64,000 nt of DNA from Bacteroidota bacterium (lineage in GTDB: Bacteria > Bacteroidota > Bacteroidia > UKL13-3), in contig JANYDU010000029.1 of NCBI GenBank assembly GCA_025359805.1, positions 14,341 through 78,340 on the forward strand, in the 5' to 3' direction. A program made the position numbers and the translations under genes. The stretch's first letter is position 1. Each line of letters opens with the position of its first letter. Of the stretch, positions 48,174-58,190 are shown in pieces. The notes under the pieces were generated by a model that made no database searches, was not told the DNA's origin, and saw nothing but the letters and a program-made list of their open reading frames with translations.

Positions 48174-48176
48174 CTA

Positions 48177-49352
48177 CTAAAATGATTTATCCATAGTATC
48201 TGCAATAACCCATTCATATAGATTCTTTGCTTGGCTACTTGCGCTTCTTTTTTGCGCTTCTTCAATTGCCATTTGAACAACTTCTTTTTGAATTGTTTCA
48301 TTTTCGGACAAAAACTTAATCTGATTTGCCAGGTTAATTTCATCTTCTTCAGAAACTACCATTCCCCAGCCATCTTTTTTGGCTGAAATAGAATGAAAAC
48401 TATTTTCAGGACTATATACAAGAATAGGGCGACCAGTAATAAAATAGGTGAGTAGTTTATTTGAAAAAACTGTTTTTACCTCACTTAATGAACAATTTTT
48501 AAATGATAATGGAGCGATTAGTATGGTTGATTTTTTTATACAACTTCTCATTTCTTGAGTTGAAACAAGCTTAATCTCAATCTTAGAAGTATCAAATCCC
48601 ATCTTATTTAAATTGTCTAAAGGAATATCATTAATCGGATACCACGTTAACTTATACTGATCTGGCAAATACGTTATTGCTCTAGAAATTGTTTTTAATG
48701 CATCACGATTCATCGCAGAGCTATCTGATCCAACAAATGCAACTTCCACTATACTAGAATTAACTATATTGTATTTTAGACCAACTAAATCTTCATCAGG
48801 TATGGGGTGCAGCAATAAATCTGTTTCAATTCCATATTTTAATTTATAATGTTCCTGTTGTTTAGAAGTGCAGCATATAACCCTTTTTGAATGTTTCAAG
48901 ATTTCGCCTTCCCATTTTGTTGCAAATTTTGCTCTATCATTTTCTGTGTTTTCTTCCCACAAGTCATGCATATAGGCGTAAAATGGAATATTTAATTTTC
49001 TTGCAACTTTGTATGATGCAACAAACATTACTTCGTGTGGGTAGTTTCCAAAAATTATATCCGGTTTTATTTTCTTTACTAGAAAGAATAAGTACCAATA
49101 GTAGAACCAAAAGAAGTATAAGTGAAAATTAGATAAAATAGAAAAAAAATAGTTGCGTGGAAAACGGATGTACTTAGTTTCACAGGGTGGTTTAAAACTA
49201 TGATCAAATTTTGTGAATGTAGTTCCTCCGATTGCAAACATATTACCTCTGTATTTCGAAAAAATATTATTTACCAATACAGCACTTGCATCCAAAAGAG
49301 GAGGAAAGCTATTTGATATAATCAATAATTTAGGTTGAGAATTTTTAGTCAA
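48177..49352 (-). CDS. Probable GT-B fold glycosyltransferase (divergent)
   Basis: N-terminal LLIISNSFPP and a C-terminal Rossmann-like ...NKLLTYFITGRPILVYSPENS... There is no clean EX7E motif. Confidence 0.5.
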   Translation of the reverse strand: MTKNSQPKLLIISNSFPPLLDASAVLVNNIFSKYRGNMFAIGGTTFTKFDHSFKPPCETKYIRFPRNYFFSILSNFHLYFFWFYYWYLFFLVKKIKPDIIFGNYPHEVMFVASYKVARKLNIPFYAYMHDLWEENTENDRAKFATKWEGEILKHSKRVICCTSKQQEHYKLKYGIETDLLLHPIPDEDLVGLKYNIVNSSIVEVAFVGSDSSAMNRDALKTISRAITYLPDQYKLTWYPINDIPLDNLNKMGFDTSKIEIKLVSTQEMRSCIKKSTILIAPLSFKNCSLSEVKTVFSNKLLTYFITGRPILVYSPENSFHSISAKKDGWGMVVSEEDEINLANQIKFLSENETIQKEVVQMAIEEAQKRSASSQAKNLYEWVIADTMDKSF

Positions 49353-49956
49353 TTTTAAATGTATTTATAAATTCATCTATATTCTTACTATTAAGCAAGT
49401 GAATATTCATTTTAATCTTTTCAATATCCCATTCCCACCATTTAATTTTTAATAGGTGATTAATTTTATCCTCTGAGAACCTAAGTCTTAAAACTTTATT
49501 GGGAACACCAGCAACAATTGCATAAGGAGGAACATCTTTAGTAACAACAGTGCACGCTGAGATGATTGCACCAGTGCCAATGGAAACACCCGAAAGGATA
49601 GTAACTCCAGTTCCTATCCATACATCATGACCTATAAAAACTTCTCCATTTGAAGTGGGCATTCCATCATAAGGAATATCAACACCTATAAAATCTCTTA
49701 TAGGGTATGTTGATACCCAATTCGTAGGATGAATTCCACCAGTAATTATCCTAACATTTTTGCTAATCGAACAAAAACTTCCAATCGTTACTTTCCGTTC
49801 ACTGTTTTTGTAAACATCAATAATTGGCTTGCCATATGTATAACGACCAACTTCCAACAAACCTGAATTTATCAGTTTAAAATAATTAATACGTATTGGT
49901 ATTTCCAAAACACTGAGAATAAATTCAGAGATGGTTTCTTTAATTTTTTGAATCAT
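49345..49956 (-). CDS. Hexapeptide-repeat O-acetyltransferase (CatB/xenobiotic acetyltransferase-like)
   Basis: ...FIGHDVWIGTGVTILSGVSIGTGAIISACTVVTKDVPPYAIVAGVPNKVLRLRF... Confidence 0.8.
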   Translation of the reverse strand: MIQKIKETISEFILSVLEIPIRINYFKLINSGLLEVGRYTYGKPIIDVYKNSERKVTIGSFCSISKNVRIITGGIHPTNWVSTYPIRDFIGVDIPYDGMPTSNGEVFIGHDVWIGTGVTILSGVSIGTGAIISACTVVTKDVPPYAIVAGVPNKVLRLRFSEDKINHLLKIKWWEWDIEKIKMNIHLLNSKNIDEFINTFKID

Positions 49957-50893
49957 TTACACTTACAACAAACATTGAAATCACACAGTTTATTTCTGTG
50001 GTTAAAGATATTTCAGCATTTTTTTGAGTATTTATTCCATAAGAACTCAATTTATTTGTACTGATATAAAACTCGTTAGTATTGATTGGTTGTTCCGATT
50101 TGATATTTAGTATTATTGATCTTTGAACAGATTTATAAAAGACACTTTGAGTTAATGTTGCAACATCAACAATCCTTTTATAATCATTAGAAACAAAATT
50201 GAGAATATCAAAACGCTTATCCATATTTTCTGCAACCGTTTCCGTATAATAACTCAATTGCTCAAGACTAATAAAATTTCTGTTTTGATTACCTGATGAT
50301 AACAGAGTGATTGTACCTTTTTCAATAGCCTCTTTTATAAAACATCCAGGAACTAATGTCCATCTATCAATTTGTGAGGATAGAAATCTTCCGTAAATAT
50401 TAGAAGGACGAACTACTACTGTTTTTAATCCAAATTTACGGCTGTACATTTCTACATACATTTCTCCAAATAAATGATTCATCGCATAATCATTCTCAGA
50501 TTTTACAGGAGTTTGTTCATCATAACTGCCAACTAATTCAGTTCCGTAAACTTGTAATGTTGAATAGAAAATAAATTTTGGAATTTTATTATTTACAGCC
50601 AGCTTTAACGCGTTTACTGTTCCTGTTGTTGATAGTTCGATTCCGTTAGAAAAATTTTTTGAAACAATGTCATTTGATGCTGCAAGATGAATAATCACAT
50701 CTGCATCAATAGATAATTTTTCAAAATCAGATGATAAAACATCCGCTTCGATAAACTCTGCACCGTTTAATACTTCTTTTATTTCAGGTAAAAATTTACG
50801 TGAAGATGCAATGACTTGGTGGCCATTTTTTAGCAGATAATTACATAAATAACTACCTATAAATCCATTTGCTCCTGTTATGAAAAATTTCAT
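49940..50893 (-). CDS. Extended-SDR NAD(P)-dependent epimerase/reductase with an atypical YxxxH at the catalytic position
   Basis: ITGANGFIGSYL, YSTLQVYG and DYAMNHLFGE (codons 50474-50488), where YxxxK is expected. Confidence 0.7.
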   Translation of the reverse strand: MKFFITGANGFIGSYLCNYLLKNGHQVIASSRKFLPEIKEVLNGAEFIEADVLSSDFEKLSIDADVIIHLAASNDIVSKNFSNGIELSTTGTVNALKLAVNNKIPKFIFYSTLQVYGTELVGSYDEQTPVKSENDYAMNHLFGEMYVEMYSRKFGLKTVVVRPSNIYGRFLSSQIDRWTLVPGCFIKEAIEKGTITLLSSGNQNRNFISLEQLSYYTETVAENMDKRFDILNFVSNDYKRIVDVATLTQSVFYKSVQRSIILNIKSEQPINTNEFYISTNKLSSYGINTQKNAEISLTTEINCVISMFVVSVNDSKN

Positions 50894-51438
50894 ACGTTAC
50901 AGTGATAAGCAATATCGAAATCAGGATGATTTTTATCTTTATCAGAAATAATAACAGGCTCAATTGGCCATTCAATTCCTATTTTCGGATCGTTCCATCG
51001 CATTCCTCGTTCATGTTCTGGAGCGTAAAATTCTGTTACTAAATAAAGGGCTTCTGTATCTTCTTCCAAAGTAAGAAAAGCATGTCCGAAACCTTTTGGA
51101 ACAAACATCATGGTTCTGTTTTCTGCTGATAATGTTGCACCAAACCATTTTAAAAAAGTTGGAGAGTTAGGTCTTAAATCTACAATCACATCATACAAAG
51201 AACCTTTGATACAGCGCACAATTTTTGTCTCAGCTTTAGGAGCAAGTTGATAATGTATTCCTCGAAGTGTTCCTTTGTCTTTGCTTAATGAATTATTTAT
51301 TTGCACAACATTTTTATCAAGCCCTAATTTATCAAATTCATTTACACAGAAAAACCGAGCAAAAAAACCTCTCTCGTCCTCCCGTTTTTCAAGGTCAATA
51401 GTATAGGCATCTGCCAATGGAGTTGGATTAAATTTCAT
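50890..51438 (-). CDS. NDP-4-keto-6-deoxyhexose 3,5-epimerase family (RfbC-like cupin)
   Basis: ...REDERGFFARFF..., LRGIHYQ, KIVRCIKGSLYDVIVDLR and VPKGFGHAF. Confidence 0.85.
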   Translation of the reverse strand: MKFNPTPLADAYTIDLEKREDERGFFARFFCVNEFDKLGLDKNVVQINNSLSKDKGTLRGIHYQLAPKAETKIVRCIKGSLYDVIVDLRPNSPTFLKWFGATLSAENRTMMFVPKGFGHAFLTLEEDTEALYLVTEFYAPEHERGMRWNDPKIGIEWPIEPVIISDKDKNHPDFDIAYHCNV

Positions 51439-51441
51439 ATA

Positions 51442-52485
51442 TTATTTCCAATTTAAGTTTAAGTCGAGTTGATTGTTTTCTAAATAAGTATTTAACACAT
51501 TCAATCTCATTAATGATGAATTTCTAAAATCAATATTATTAAAATGAATAGACGAAAGTCCATTTTTTAATTCTTCAATTGTTTTATTGATATCGTATTC
51601 GGGAGTAAGCCCTTTTGCTAAAGAGGTAAATAAATCGAAGTTAACTCGATAAGAGCGTTTATCCGGTGGGGCATCTTGATTAACGCTTACCGTAATATCT
51701 GTAAAATGTTTTTGAACATGTTCTGCCAACTCTTTAACAGTATAATTCCAAGTATTACTTCCAGTATTACATATCAAAAAATTTCCTCCATTATTTGCAT
51801 CTCTTGTAATTGCCCAATTAATTGCTCTTGCCATATCTTTAACATTAATGAGCGGACGCCATGGAGTTCCATCACTCAAGATGCTAATTTTTTTTGATGA
51901 CATAGCAGATGCCACAAAATCATTGAGTACAAGATCCAACCTTAATCTATCGCTTATACCACATGCAGTTGCAAAACGTAAACAAGTAATGATTGTATTT
52001 TCTGAATTAAGTTTACTTAATCCTTCTTCCGTTTTAACTTTTGATTTTGCATAAGCAGTAAGCGGATTCAATTCTGAAGTTTCTGTTTTTGCAGCATCAC
52101 CTGCAGCACCATAAACGCTGCAACTCGATGCAAATACAAAATGCTTTACTCCTTTATTAATTGCTTTTTGTGCAATATCCACACTCGAACTATAATTTAC
52201 ATCAAGCGTAACTTGTTCAAATTTATTTCCTATTGGATCATTTGAAATAGCGGCTAAATGAATTACAGAATCAAATCCGTTTAAAATGTTTTCATCGAAG
52301 TTTCTTACATCACCATAATATTGCGCATCTAAAACTCTTTCTGGTGCAAAATTATTCGTAGTTATACATTGTTGAAAATAACCTAAATCATAACCTGCAA
52401 TAAATGCTTGCGGATATTGTGTTCTTAGATATTTTGAAAGCCAAGCTCCAACATATCCTAAATTTCCTGTAATTAATATTTTCAT
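51442..52485 (-). CDS. Extended-SDR NAD-dependent epimerase/dehydratase family protein (epimerase-like active site)
   Basis: ITGNLGYVGAWL, ASSCSVYG (no TDE dehydratase dyad) and AYAKSKVKTE. Confidence 0.75.
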   Translation of the reverse strand: MKILITGNLGYVGAWLSKYLRTQYPQAFIAGYDLGYFQQCITTNNFAPERVLDAQYYGDVRNFDENILNGFDSVIHLAAISNDPIGNKFEQVTLDVNYSSSVDIAQKAINKGVKHFVFASSCSVYGAAGDAAKTETSELNPLTAYAKSKVKTEEGLSKLNSENTIITCLRFATACGISDRLRLDLVLNDFVASAMSSKKISILSDGTPWRPLINVKDMARAINWAITRDANNGGNFLICNTGSNTWNYTVKELAEHVQKHFTDITVSVNQDAPPDKRSYRVNFDLFTSLAKGLTPEYDINKTIEELKNGLSSIHFNNIDFRNSSLMRLNVLNTYLENNQLDLNLNWK

Positions 52486-52514
52486 TTTTGTGTTTAATAA
52501 ATTTACTTAACTAT

Positions 52515-53294
52515 TTATTTCCATAATTTCCATTTCGCTTTTCCCGAATCCCACATTTGTTCTAATTCTGTTTTATCTCTCAACGCATCCATGCATTTCC
52601 AAAAGCCATGATATTTGTATGAAACTAATTCACTATCCTTAGTTAAATTATGAAGAGGAGAATCTTCCCACATTACATCATCCATATTTTCATTTAGGTA
52701 TTTAAATACCTCGGGTTGAAGTATAAAAAAACCTCCATTAATCCAATGTCCATCACCTTTTGGTTTCTCCATAAAATGATTTACCACATTGTTCTCATCG
52801 GTCATTATAGCACCAAATTTTCCTTCAGGAAGAATGGAGGTAACAGTTGCAATTTTACCATGTTTATTGTGAAACTCTAGTAACTCACCTAAGTTTACAT
52901 CACAAAGACCATCTCCATAAGTAAGCATAAATGGTTCATTGCCTATATGTTGTTGTACTCTCTTTAAACGACCAGCCGTTTTTGTATTTAGCCCTGTTTC
53001 AACTAATGTAATATTAAATGATTCGGCATTACTTTGATGAATGGTTGTTTTGTTGTTTTTTAAATCAATAGTTACATCCGCATTGTGCATGTAATAATTC
53101 ATAAAATACTCTTTAATCACGTACCCTTTATATCCAAGGCAAATGATAAAATCAGTAAATCCATGAGCTTCATAAATTTTCATGATATGCCACAAAATGG
53201 GCTTGCCTCCAATTTCAATCATAGGCTTAGGTTTTAAATGAGACTCTTCGGAAATTCTAGTTCCAAATCCTCCAGCAAAAATGACTACTTTCAT
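52515..53294 (-). CDS. rfbF: Glucose-1-phosphate cytidylyltransferase
   Basis: MKVVIFAGGFGTRISEESHLKPKPMIEIGGKPILWHIMKIYEAHGF... with near end-to-end family resemblance; 259 aa. Confidence 0.9.
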   Translation of the reverse strand: MKVVIFAGGFGTRISEESHLKPKPMIEIGGKPILWHIMKIYEAHGFTDFIICLGYKGYVIKEYFMNYYMHNADVTIDLKNNKTTIHQSNAESFNITLVETGLNTKTAGRLKRVQQHIGNEPFMLTYGDGLCDVNLGELLEFHNKHGKIATVTSILPEGKFGAIMTDENNVVNHFMEKPKGDGHWINGGFFILQPEVFKYLNENMDDVMWEDSPLHNLTKDSELVSYKYHGFWKCMDALRDKTELEQMWDSGKAKWKLWK

Positions 53295-53303
53295 TTGTTA
53301 ATT

Positions 53304-54701
53304 TTATTGAGAGATTATTTTAAAAATTTTTTCGGCAGATTCTTGACCCCAATATTTACAATAACTGTTAATATATGATTCCGTATTTATATCCATAATT
53401 TTTATATCCATAGTATTTATTTCATCCTTTATAGATTCTATAAGTTGTGCTGTTGTATTTGCTAATTTACACCCTGCAAACTTGTGTAATTCTTCACCTA
53501 TCCCTAACGGAAATGATATTCCTTCTGGATTAAAAATAATTACTTTTTTGTGATGAATTAATGCGTCAAATGCCATTGTACTATTATGAGAAACAAATAA
53601 ATTATACCTACTAAATAGTTCTTCATTTGAAATATTTTTTGATGAAAAAATTGTTAACTGAGGAAATTTATGTTTAACAGCAGAATAATCATCTTCATTC
53701 TCACTAGGATGTATTTTTATTGCCATTTCAATAGTCGAATCCATTTTTTGAAGCTCAAAAACTGCTTCAGCAAATTTATCCGCCAACATTATTTTCTCAT
53801 TTATTTCAATAGGATTTGTAATCAAAGTGATAAGCCTATTTTGAGAAGCAATAAATTTAGGTTGTGCCTCCAATTTTGGTCTTTCAAACTTAGGATTTCC
53901 TACTATTAAAAGTCTGCTTTTATCCACACCATGTTTGCTAAATTGTTTAAACTGTTTATCTCCCCAACACAACATATAATCTGCCAATAAAGGTATAAAA
54001 TCTGCTTCAGGATCTGTTGAACCATGAATAAAAGTATACGTTCTGATGCCTTTAATTTTTGCCCCTATGATTAACGCTGAGTTTAACATCTGTCTGTCGT
54101 GATCAGTTAAAACAATTTTAGGTTTAACTTGAGATAAAAGCTTTTCAAACTTGAACAAATGTTGCGTTTGAAGAGTGAGTATTATTTTTAGATGTAGAAA
54201 TAATTTTTTATCTACATTATACTTAGATTTCAACTCTTCCTTTAACTGTTCAAATTTGCTAAACGTTGCTTTGAATTCATATCTCCATTTTATTAATTCT
54301 AATAAATTAAGACGAGAAAGAGAATAAAAATTAGTATCAAGATCATCTTCAAATTGATGCCCATTTCTACTTACAAAAAGAATGTTTTTTTTAGTGATGT
54401 ATCTTAATAGCGGAATAAAAAAACCAGTAAGTTTTGATGTATTACCTGTATAATTAAATATATAATCAACCTCAGAATATTGTGGGTCTTTATGGATTGA
54501 TATTATGGGTCTTAAAAATAATTTTAAGTATTGAATACAAAGTAATTTATAGTTAGAAGAATACTCATTAAAATAAAAATTTGGATATAAAAAATTGGCA
54601 AATAATCCTCCAAGCTTCACTCCTTTATATTCAAGTTTATTTAGAGTATCTTCAAATTGAAGTAACTCTTCCCAACTATATTTTATATGTTTCGTGCTCA
54701 A
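53304..54701 (-). CDS. Unassigned 465-aa protein; C-terminal half resembles GT-B / capsule-synthesis or glycerophosphotransferase-type transferases
   Basis: ...CWGDKQFKQF...VGNPKFE..., IKIHPSE and FVSHNSTMAFDALIHHKKVIIFNPEG. This is only a weak, recall-based resemblance. Confidence 0.3.
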   Translation of the reverse strand: MSTKHIKYSWEELLQFEDTLNKLEYKGVKLGGLFANFLYPNFYFNEYSSNYKLLCIQYLKLFLRPIISIHKDPQYSEVDYIFNYTGNTSKLTGFFIPLLRYITKKNILFVSRNGHQFEDDLDTNFYSLSRLNLLELIKWRYEFKATFSKFEQLKEELKSKYNVDKKLFLHLKIILTLQTQHLFKFEKLLSQVKPKIVLTDHDRQMLNSALIIGAKIKGIRTYTFIHGSTDPEADFIPLLADYMLCWGDKQFKQFSKHGVDKSRLLIVGNPKFERPKLEAQPKFIASQNRLITLITNPIEINEKIMLADKFAEAVFELQKMDSTIEMAIKIHPSENEDDYSAVKHKFPQLTIFSSKNISNEELFSRYNLFVSHNSTMAFDALIHHKKVIIFNPEGISFPLGIGEELHKFAGCKLANTTAQLIESIKDEINTMDIKIMDINTESYINSYCKYWGQESAEKIFKIISQ

Positions 54702-54704
54702 TTA

Positions 54705-55934
54705 TTATTTATCATCAGCTCCTGTAAGCGCTACATTATGGCGAAGTTTCCATTCTCCACTTTCTTTTGTCCATAAATGTGGTGAACGAAATTGATCACA
54801 TAGTTCATGGAAACGTTCTGGTTTCATTCCGATATAATCCATTATTTCATTAAAATATCTATCTGGAAATTCACCATCAAATTTATTTACTAAAGCTACC
54901 GCTTCTTCACGAGTTAAATGTTTATTTCGTACTTCTTGGGAGGCATCATAAGTAGCTCTTCCAATACCAAATTTGATATATGTTGTATAGTAGTGTAAGT
55001 CATCAATCTTATCATCAATGCTGTTATATTTACTATATGTACCTTGAGTTCTGAATGGACGTGCTTTGAAACCAGTATGTTCTACAGCATAATAATAAGA
55101 TTCTTGAGGAATCCATTTAATATAATATCCCAAATAATGAACTTGAATATCTGATTTTGCCAATTCGTTTACATCAGCAGGAAGAAAGGTACTTAAATCC
55201 TGATTATTCAATTGGTATTTTTCTTTCAACTCTTTTATTGAAACTCCTCCAAGATAAATATCATCCATGTTGTTGATGGCATAGTATGATTTATCTCTCA
55301 ATGATGATGCATTATCTGCAATTGGATTTCCGTATTCAGCTTCATTTTCGCCATAAAAAATAAGAGGAATTCCGTACTTCAAAGCTAACTTAGGTGCAAG
55401 ATTTTTTTGACCCAACATAAACGTTTGAAATGGATGCATTAAATTTTCGATTGATAATTTTGTAAGTAGATTCATCACCTTTCCGTTTGGAGTGAATGTA
55501 ACATTATCAAACCCACTATTAATCCAGTTTTTCCAGTTTTTGTACCCGTAATCTGTATATAAAATTGGAGGCCATGTAATGGTCAAAGGATTCATCCCAT
55601 ATTTATATTTTAATATATGCGCTTGCATAGCACTATCCTTTCCACCACTTCCAGGAACCATGCAATCATAAGAGCCATCTTTACTTCTATATTTATCTAA
55701 CAATTGAAGTAACTCCTCTTCTCTTTTTTGCCAATCTATTTTTTCTTTTTGATCAGCATTTCTACACGCATCGCAAACACCTTCTTCATCAAAATTGAGT
55801 GTTTTCTTTTTGGTATTGATGCTATGTTTAAATTCAATTTCTGATGCTGGTCTTTGATTTGACATTACGCATCTTTTGCAAAACTTCACTTCACTTGGAA
55901 GTCCATATTTTGCTTCTAATTGTTGAGTACTCAT
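54705..55934 (-). CDS. N-acetyl sugar amidotransferase (PP-loop; PseA/PtmG/WbpG-like), copy 2
   Basis: Zn-ribbon-like FCKRCVMSNQRP...EEGVCDACRN and the PP-loop VPGSGGKDS. Confidence 0.85.
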   Translation of the reverse strand: MSTQQLEAKYGLPSEVKFCKRCVMSNQRPASEIEFKHSINTKKKTLNFDEEGVCDACRNADQKEKIDWQKREEELLQLLDKYRSKDGSYDCMVPGSGGKDSAMQAHILKYKYGMNPLTITWPPILYTDYGYKNWKNWINSGFDNVTFTPNGKVMNLLTKLSIENLMHPFQTFMLGQKNLAPKLALKYGIPLIFYGENEAEYGNPIADNASSLRDKSYYAINNMDDIYLGGVSIKELKEKYQLNNQDLSTFLPADVNELAKSDIQVHYLGYYIKWIPQESYYYAVEHTGFKARPFRTQGTYSKYNSIDDKIDDLHYYTTYIKFGIGRATYDASQEVRNKHLTREEAVALVNKFDGEFPDRYFNEIMDYIGMKPERFHELCDQFRSPHLWTKESGEWKLRHNVALTGADDK

Positions 55935-55940
55935 ATATAT

Positions 55941-56585
55941 TTATTTTATAATTGTTTTTGCCCAGTTTTCGTAAATTTTCAAACCTAACTCACCACTTTT
56001 TTCAGGATGAAATTGGAAGCCTGTTAGATTGTCTTTTATTACCGCAGACGCATATTTAATATCAGCATATTCTGTATAAGTTAAGATATGATTATCATTT
56101 TCAGGTTTTGCATAAAATGAGTGAACAAAGTGCATATAGCTTTTTTTAGGAATATTTTTTAATGCCGAATTACTCCAAATTTCATCCGTGTTTTCACTAA
56201 TTTGATTCCATTGAATTTGCGGAACTTTTACAATACTATTTTGTGTATCATGTGAAGGAAATTTTAGAATTTTTCCTTTGATAAAATTTAAGCCTTCATT
56301 AGATCCAAATTCTTCACTATCAGTAAACATCAATTGCATCCCCAAACAAATGCCTAAAAATGGTTTCCCTGTTTTAACAAATTCTTTTATAGGCGCAACG
56401 AGTTCTGATTTTTTTAAATAATTCATCGCATCTCCAAATGCGCCAACTCCTGGTAATATCATTGCATCAGCATTTTTTATTTCAGTTAGATTGGATGTTA
56501 TTTTAGTATCAAGCCCAACATGCAAACAAGCTTGGTTAATGCTGAATAAATTTCCTAACCCGTAATCTACAATTGCTACTTTCAT
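55941..56585 (-). CDS. HisH-like glutamine amidotransferase subunit, copy 2
   Basis: IVDYGLGNLFSINQA, LPGVGAFG, GICLGMQLM and GFQFHPEKS. Confidence 0.85.
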   Translation of the reverse strand: MKVAIVDYGLGNLFSINQACLHVGLDTKITSNLTEIKNADAMILPGVGAFGDAMNYLKKSELVAPIKEFVKTGKPFLGICLGMQLMFTDSEEFGSNEGLNFIKGKILKFPSHDTQNSIVKVPQIQWNQISENTDEIWSNSALKNIPKKSYMHFVHSFYAKPENDNHILTYTEYADIKYASAVIKDNLTGFQFHPEKSGELGLKIYENWAKTIIK

Positions 56586-56592
56586 TTATATT

Positions 56593-57447
56593 TTATTTTA
56601 TAGGTCTACAAGAAATTCCGCTCTCAAGAAGTTGTTCTTTTACTTCTTCAATACTCGAAGGCTTAATAATTCCAAAATTTCTTCCACTTTTCAAAAAGGC
56701 AGTATTCCCTTCTTCTTTGGAATCGCCATTATTTGAAAATTGTTCTGCCACGTGGTAATGAAAAATAGATGCGATAGCCAATGCATCTGCATGACCAATT
56801 GTAATTGCTTCTTTTACATTATTAATATTTGAAGCTCCTCCATGCGCAATAACAGGAATACCAACTGCATCAGCAATTTTTTTAATCAATTCAAAATCAT
56901 AACCTTCACCGGTTCCTTCTCTATCTACAGAGGTAATTACAATTTCACCAGCTCCAAGTTCTTCTACTTTTTGCGCCCAACTTACCACTTCAATTCCAGT
57001 TTCTTCGCGTCCGTTATCAATAAACGCGAAATACCTACCATCTGGTTGTTTTATGGCTTCAATTGCAACAACAATAGTTGATGATCCAAATTTTAAAGAT
57101 GCTTCTTTTATAAAATTTGGATTGCGAATAACAGCCGTGTTCAAAGATACCTTATCAGCACCTGCGCGTAATACCTGTTTAATGTCGTCTATACTTCTTA
57201 GTCCACCACCAACAGTTAGTGGTATAAAAATATTTTTAGCGGTACGTGAAATGATTTCATGCAAACTATTTCTTTCATACAAACTTGCCACTACATCTTG
57301 AAAAATGAGCTCATCGGCACCATGCTCATAATAATATTTTGCAAAGTCTTCTGGCTTACCAAGCACTCTTAGTCCTTCTAAATGAATTCCTTTTACAAGG
57401 TTGGGACCTTTAATATCAAGTCGGGGAATTATTCTAACGTTTTTCAT
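56593..57447 (-). CDS. HisF-like cyclase subunit, copy 2
   Basis: RIIPRLDIKGPNLVKGIHLEGLRVLGKP..., PLTVGGGLRS and ITSVDREGTGEGYD. Confidence 0.85.
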   Translation of the reverse strand: MKNVRIIPRLDIKGPNLVKGIHLEGLRVLGKPEDFAKYYYEHGADELIFQDVVASLYERNSLHEIISRTAKNIFIPLTVGGGLRSIDDIKQVLRAGADKVSLNTAVIRNPNFIKEASLKFGSSTIVVAIEAIKQPDGRYFAFIDNGREETGIEVVSWAQKVEELGAGEIVITSVDREGTGEGYDFELIKKIADAVGIPVIAHGGASNINNVKEAITIGHADALAIASIFHYHVAEQFSNNGDSKEEGNTAFLKSGRNFGIIKPSSIEEVKEQLLESGISCRPIK

Positions 57448-57449
57448 TT

Positions 57450-58190
57450 TTATATTGCTGTCCAGCCTCCATCAACCATTAAGTTATGTCCTGTTATATA
57501 TGCAGCCTCATCCGAAAGTAAAAATGCAACAGGTGCTGCAATATCAATTGGTAATCCCATTCTTCTCATAGGAACTTTTTTCTCATAATTAGAAACAAAT
57601 TGTTGTGTTTGATTATCAAAAATACCGCCTGGGGAAACACAATTTACTCTTACTCCAAATGGCCCAAAATAAGAGGCCAAATATCTGCTAAAATTTACGA
57701 CTCCGCCTTTTATGGCTGAGTAAGCTGCAGGCATTGTCATTTCTGTTCCATCATACACAGTAAAGTCTGGTCCTACAGTTCCATATACAGATGATATATT
57801 TACAATGCTTCCACTTTTTTGTTCTTTCATTATTTTCAAAACCTGCTGACAAAAACTGAATACACTATTCATTTGCATATCCACATTTTTTTTCCATGAT
57901 TCAAACGGAATATCTTCAAATTTTTTACCCCAATCATTTGTTCTAGGGTAGGCATTATTTACTAACCCATCTATTCTCCCAAATTTTGAAATGATTTTTT
58001 CAATAGTTTCTTTTATTGATGCTTCGCTTGTAATATCACAATTAATGAGTCCATTCTCTAAATCATCAACTATATTTATTTCGGCATTGATACAAATAGC
58101 TCCATCATTTTTTATTTGTTCGACAATTGTTTTGCCTATCAAACCACTTCCCCCTGTAACAATAATAATTTTATTTTCTAATCTTTTCAT
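57450..58190 (-). CDS. Classical SDR oxidoreductase (PtmA-like, nonulosonic-acid cluster associated)
   Basis: IIVTGGSGLIGKTI, NISSVYG and AYSAIKGGV (YxxxK). Confidence 0.75.
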   Translation of the reverse strand: MKRLENKIIIVTGGSGLIGKTIVEQIKNDGAICINAEINIVDDLENGLINCDITSEASIKETIEKIISKFGRIDGLVNNAYPRTNDWGKKFEDIPFESWKKNVDMQMNSVFSFCQQVLKIMKEQKSGSIVNISSVYGTVGPDFTVYDGTEMTMPAAYSAIKGGVVNFSRYLASYFGPFGVRVNCVSPGGIFDNQTQQFVSNYEKKVPMRRMGLPIDIAAPVAFLLSDEAAYITGHNLMVDGGWTAI

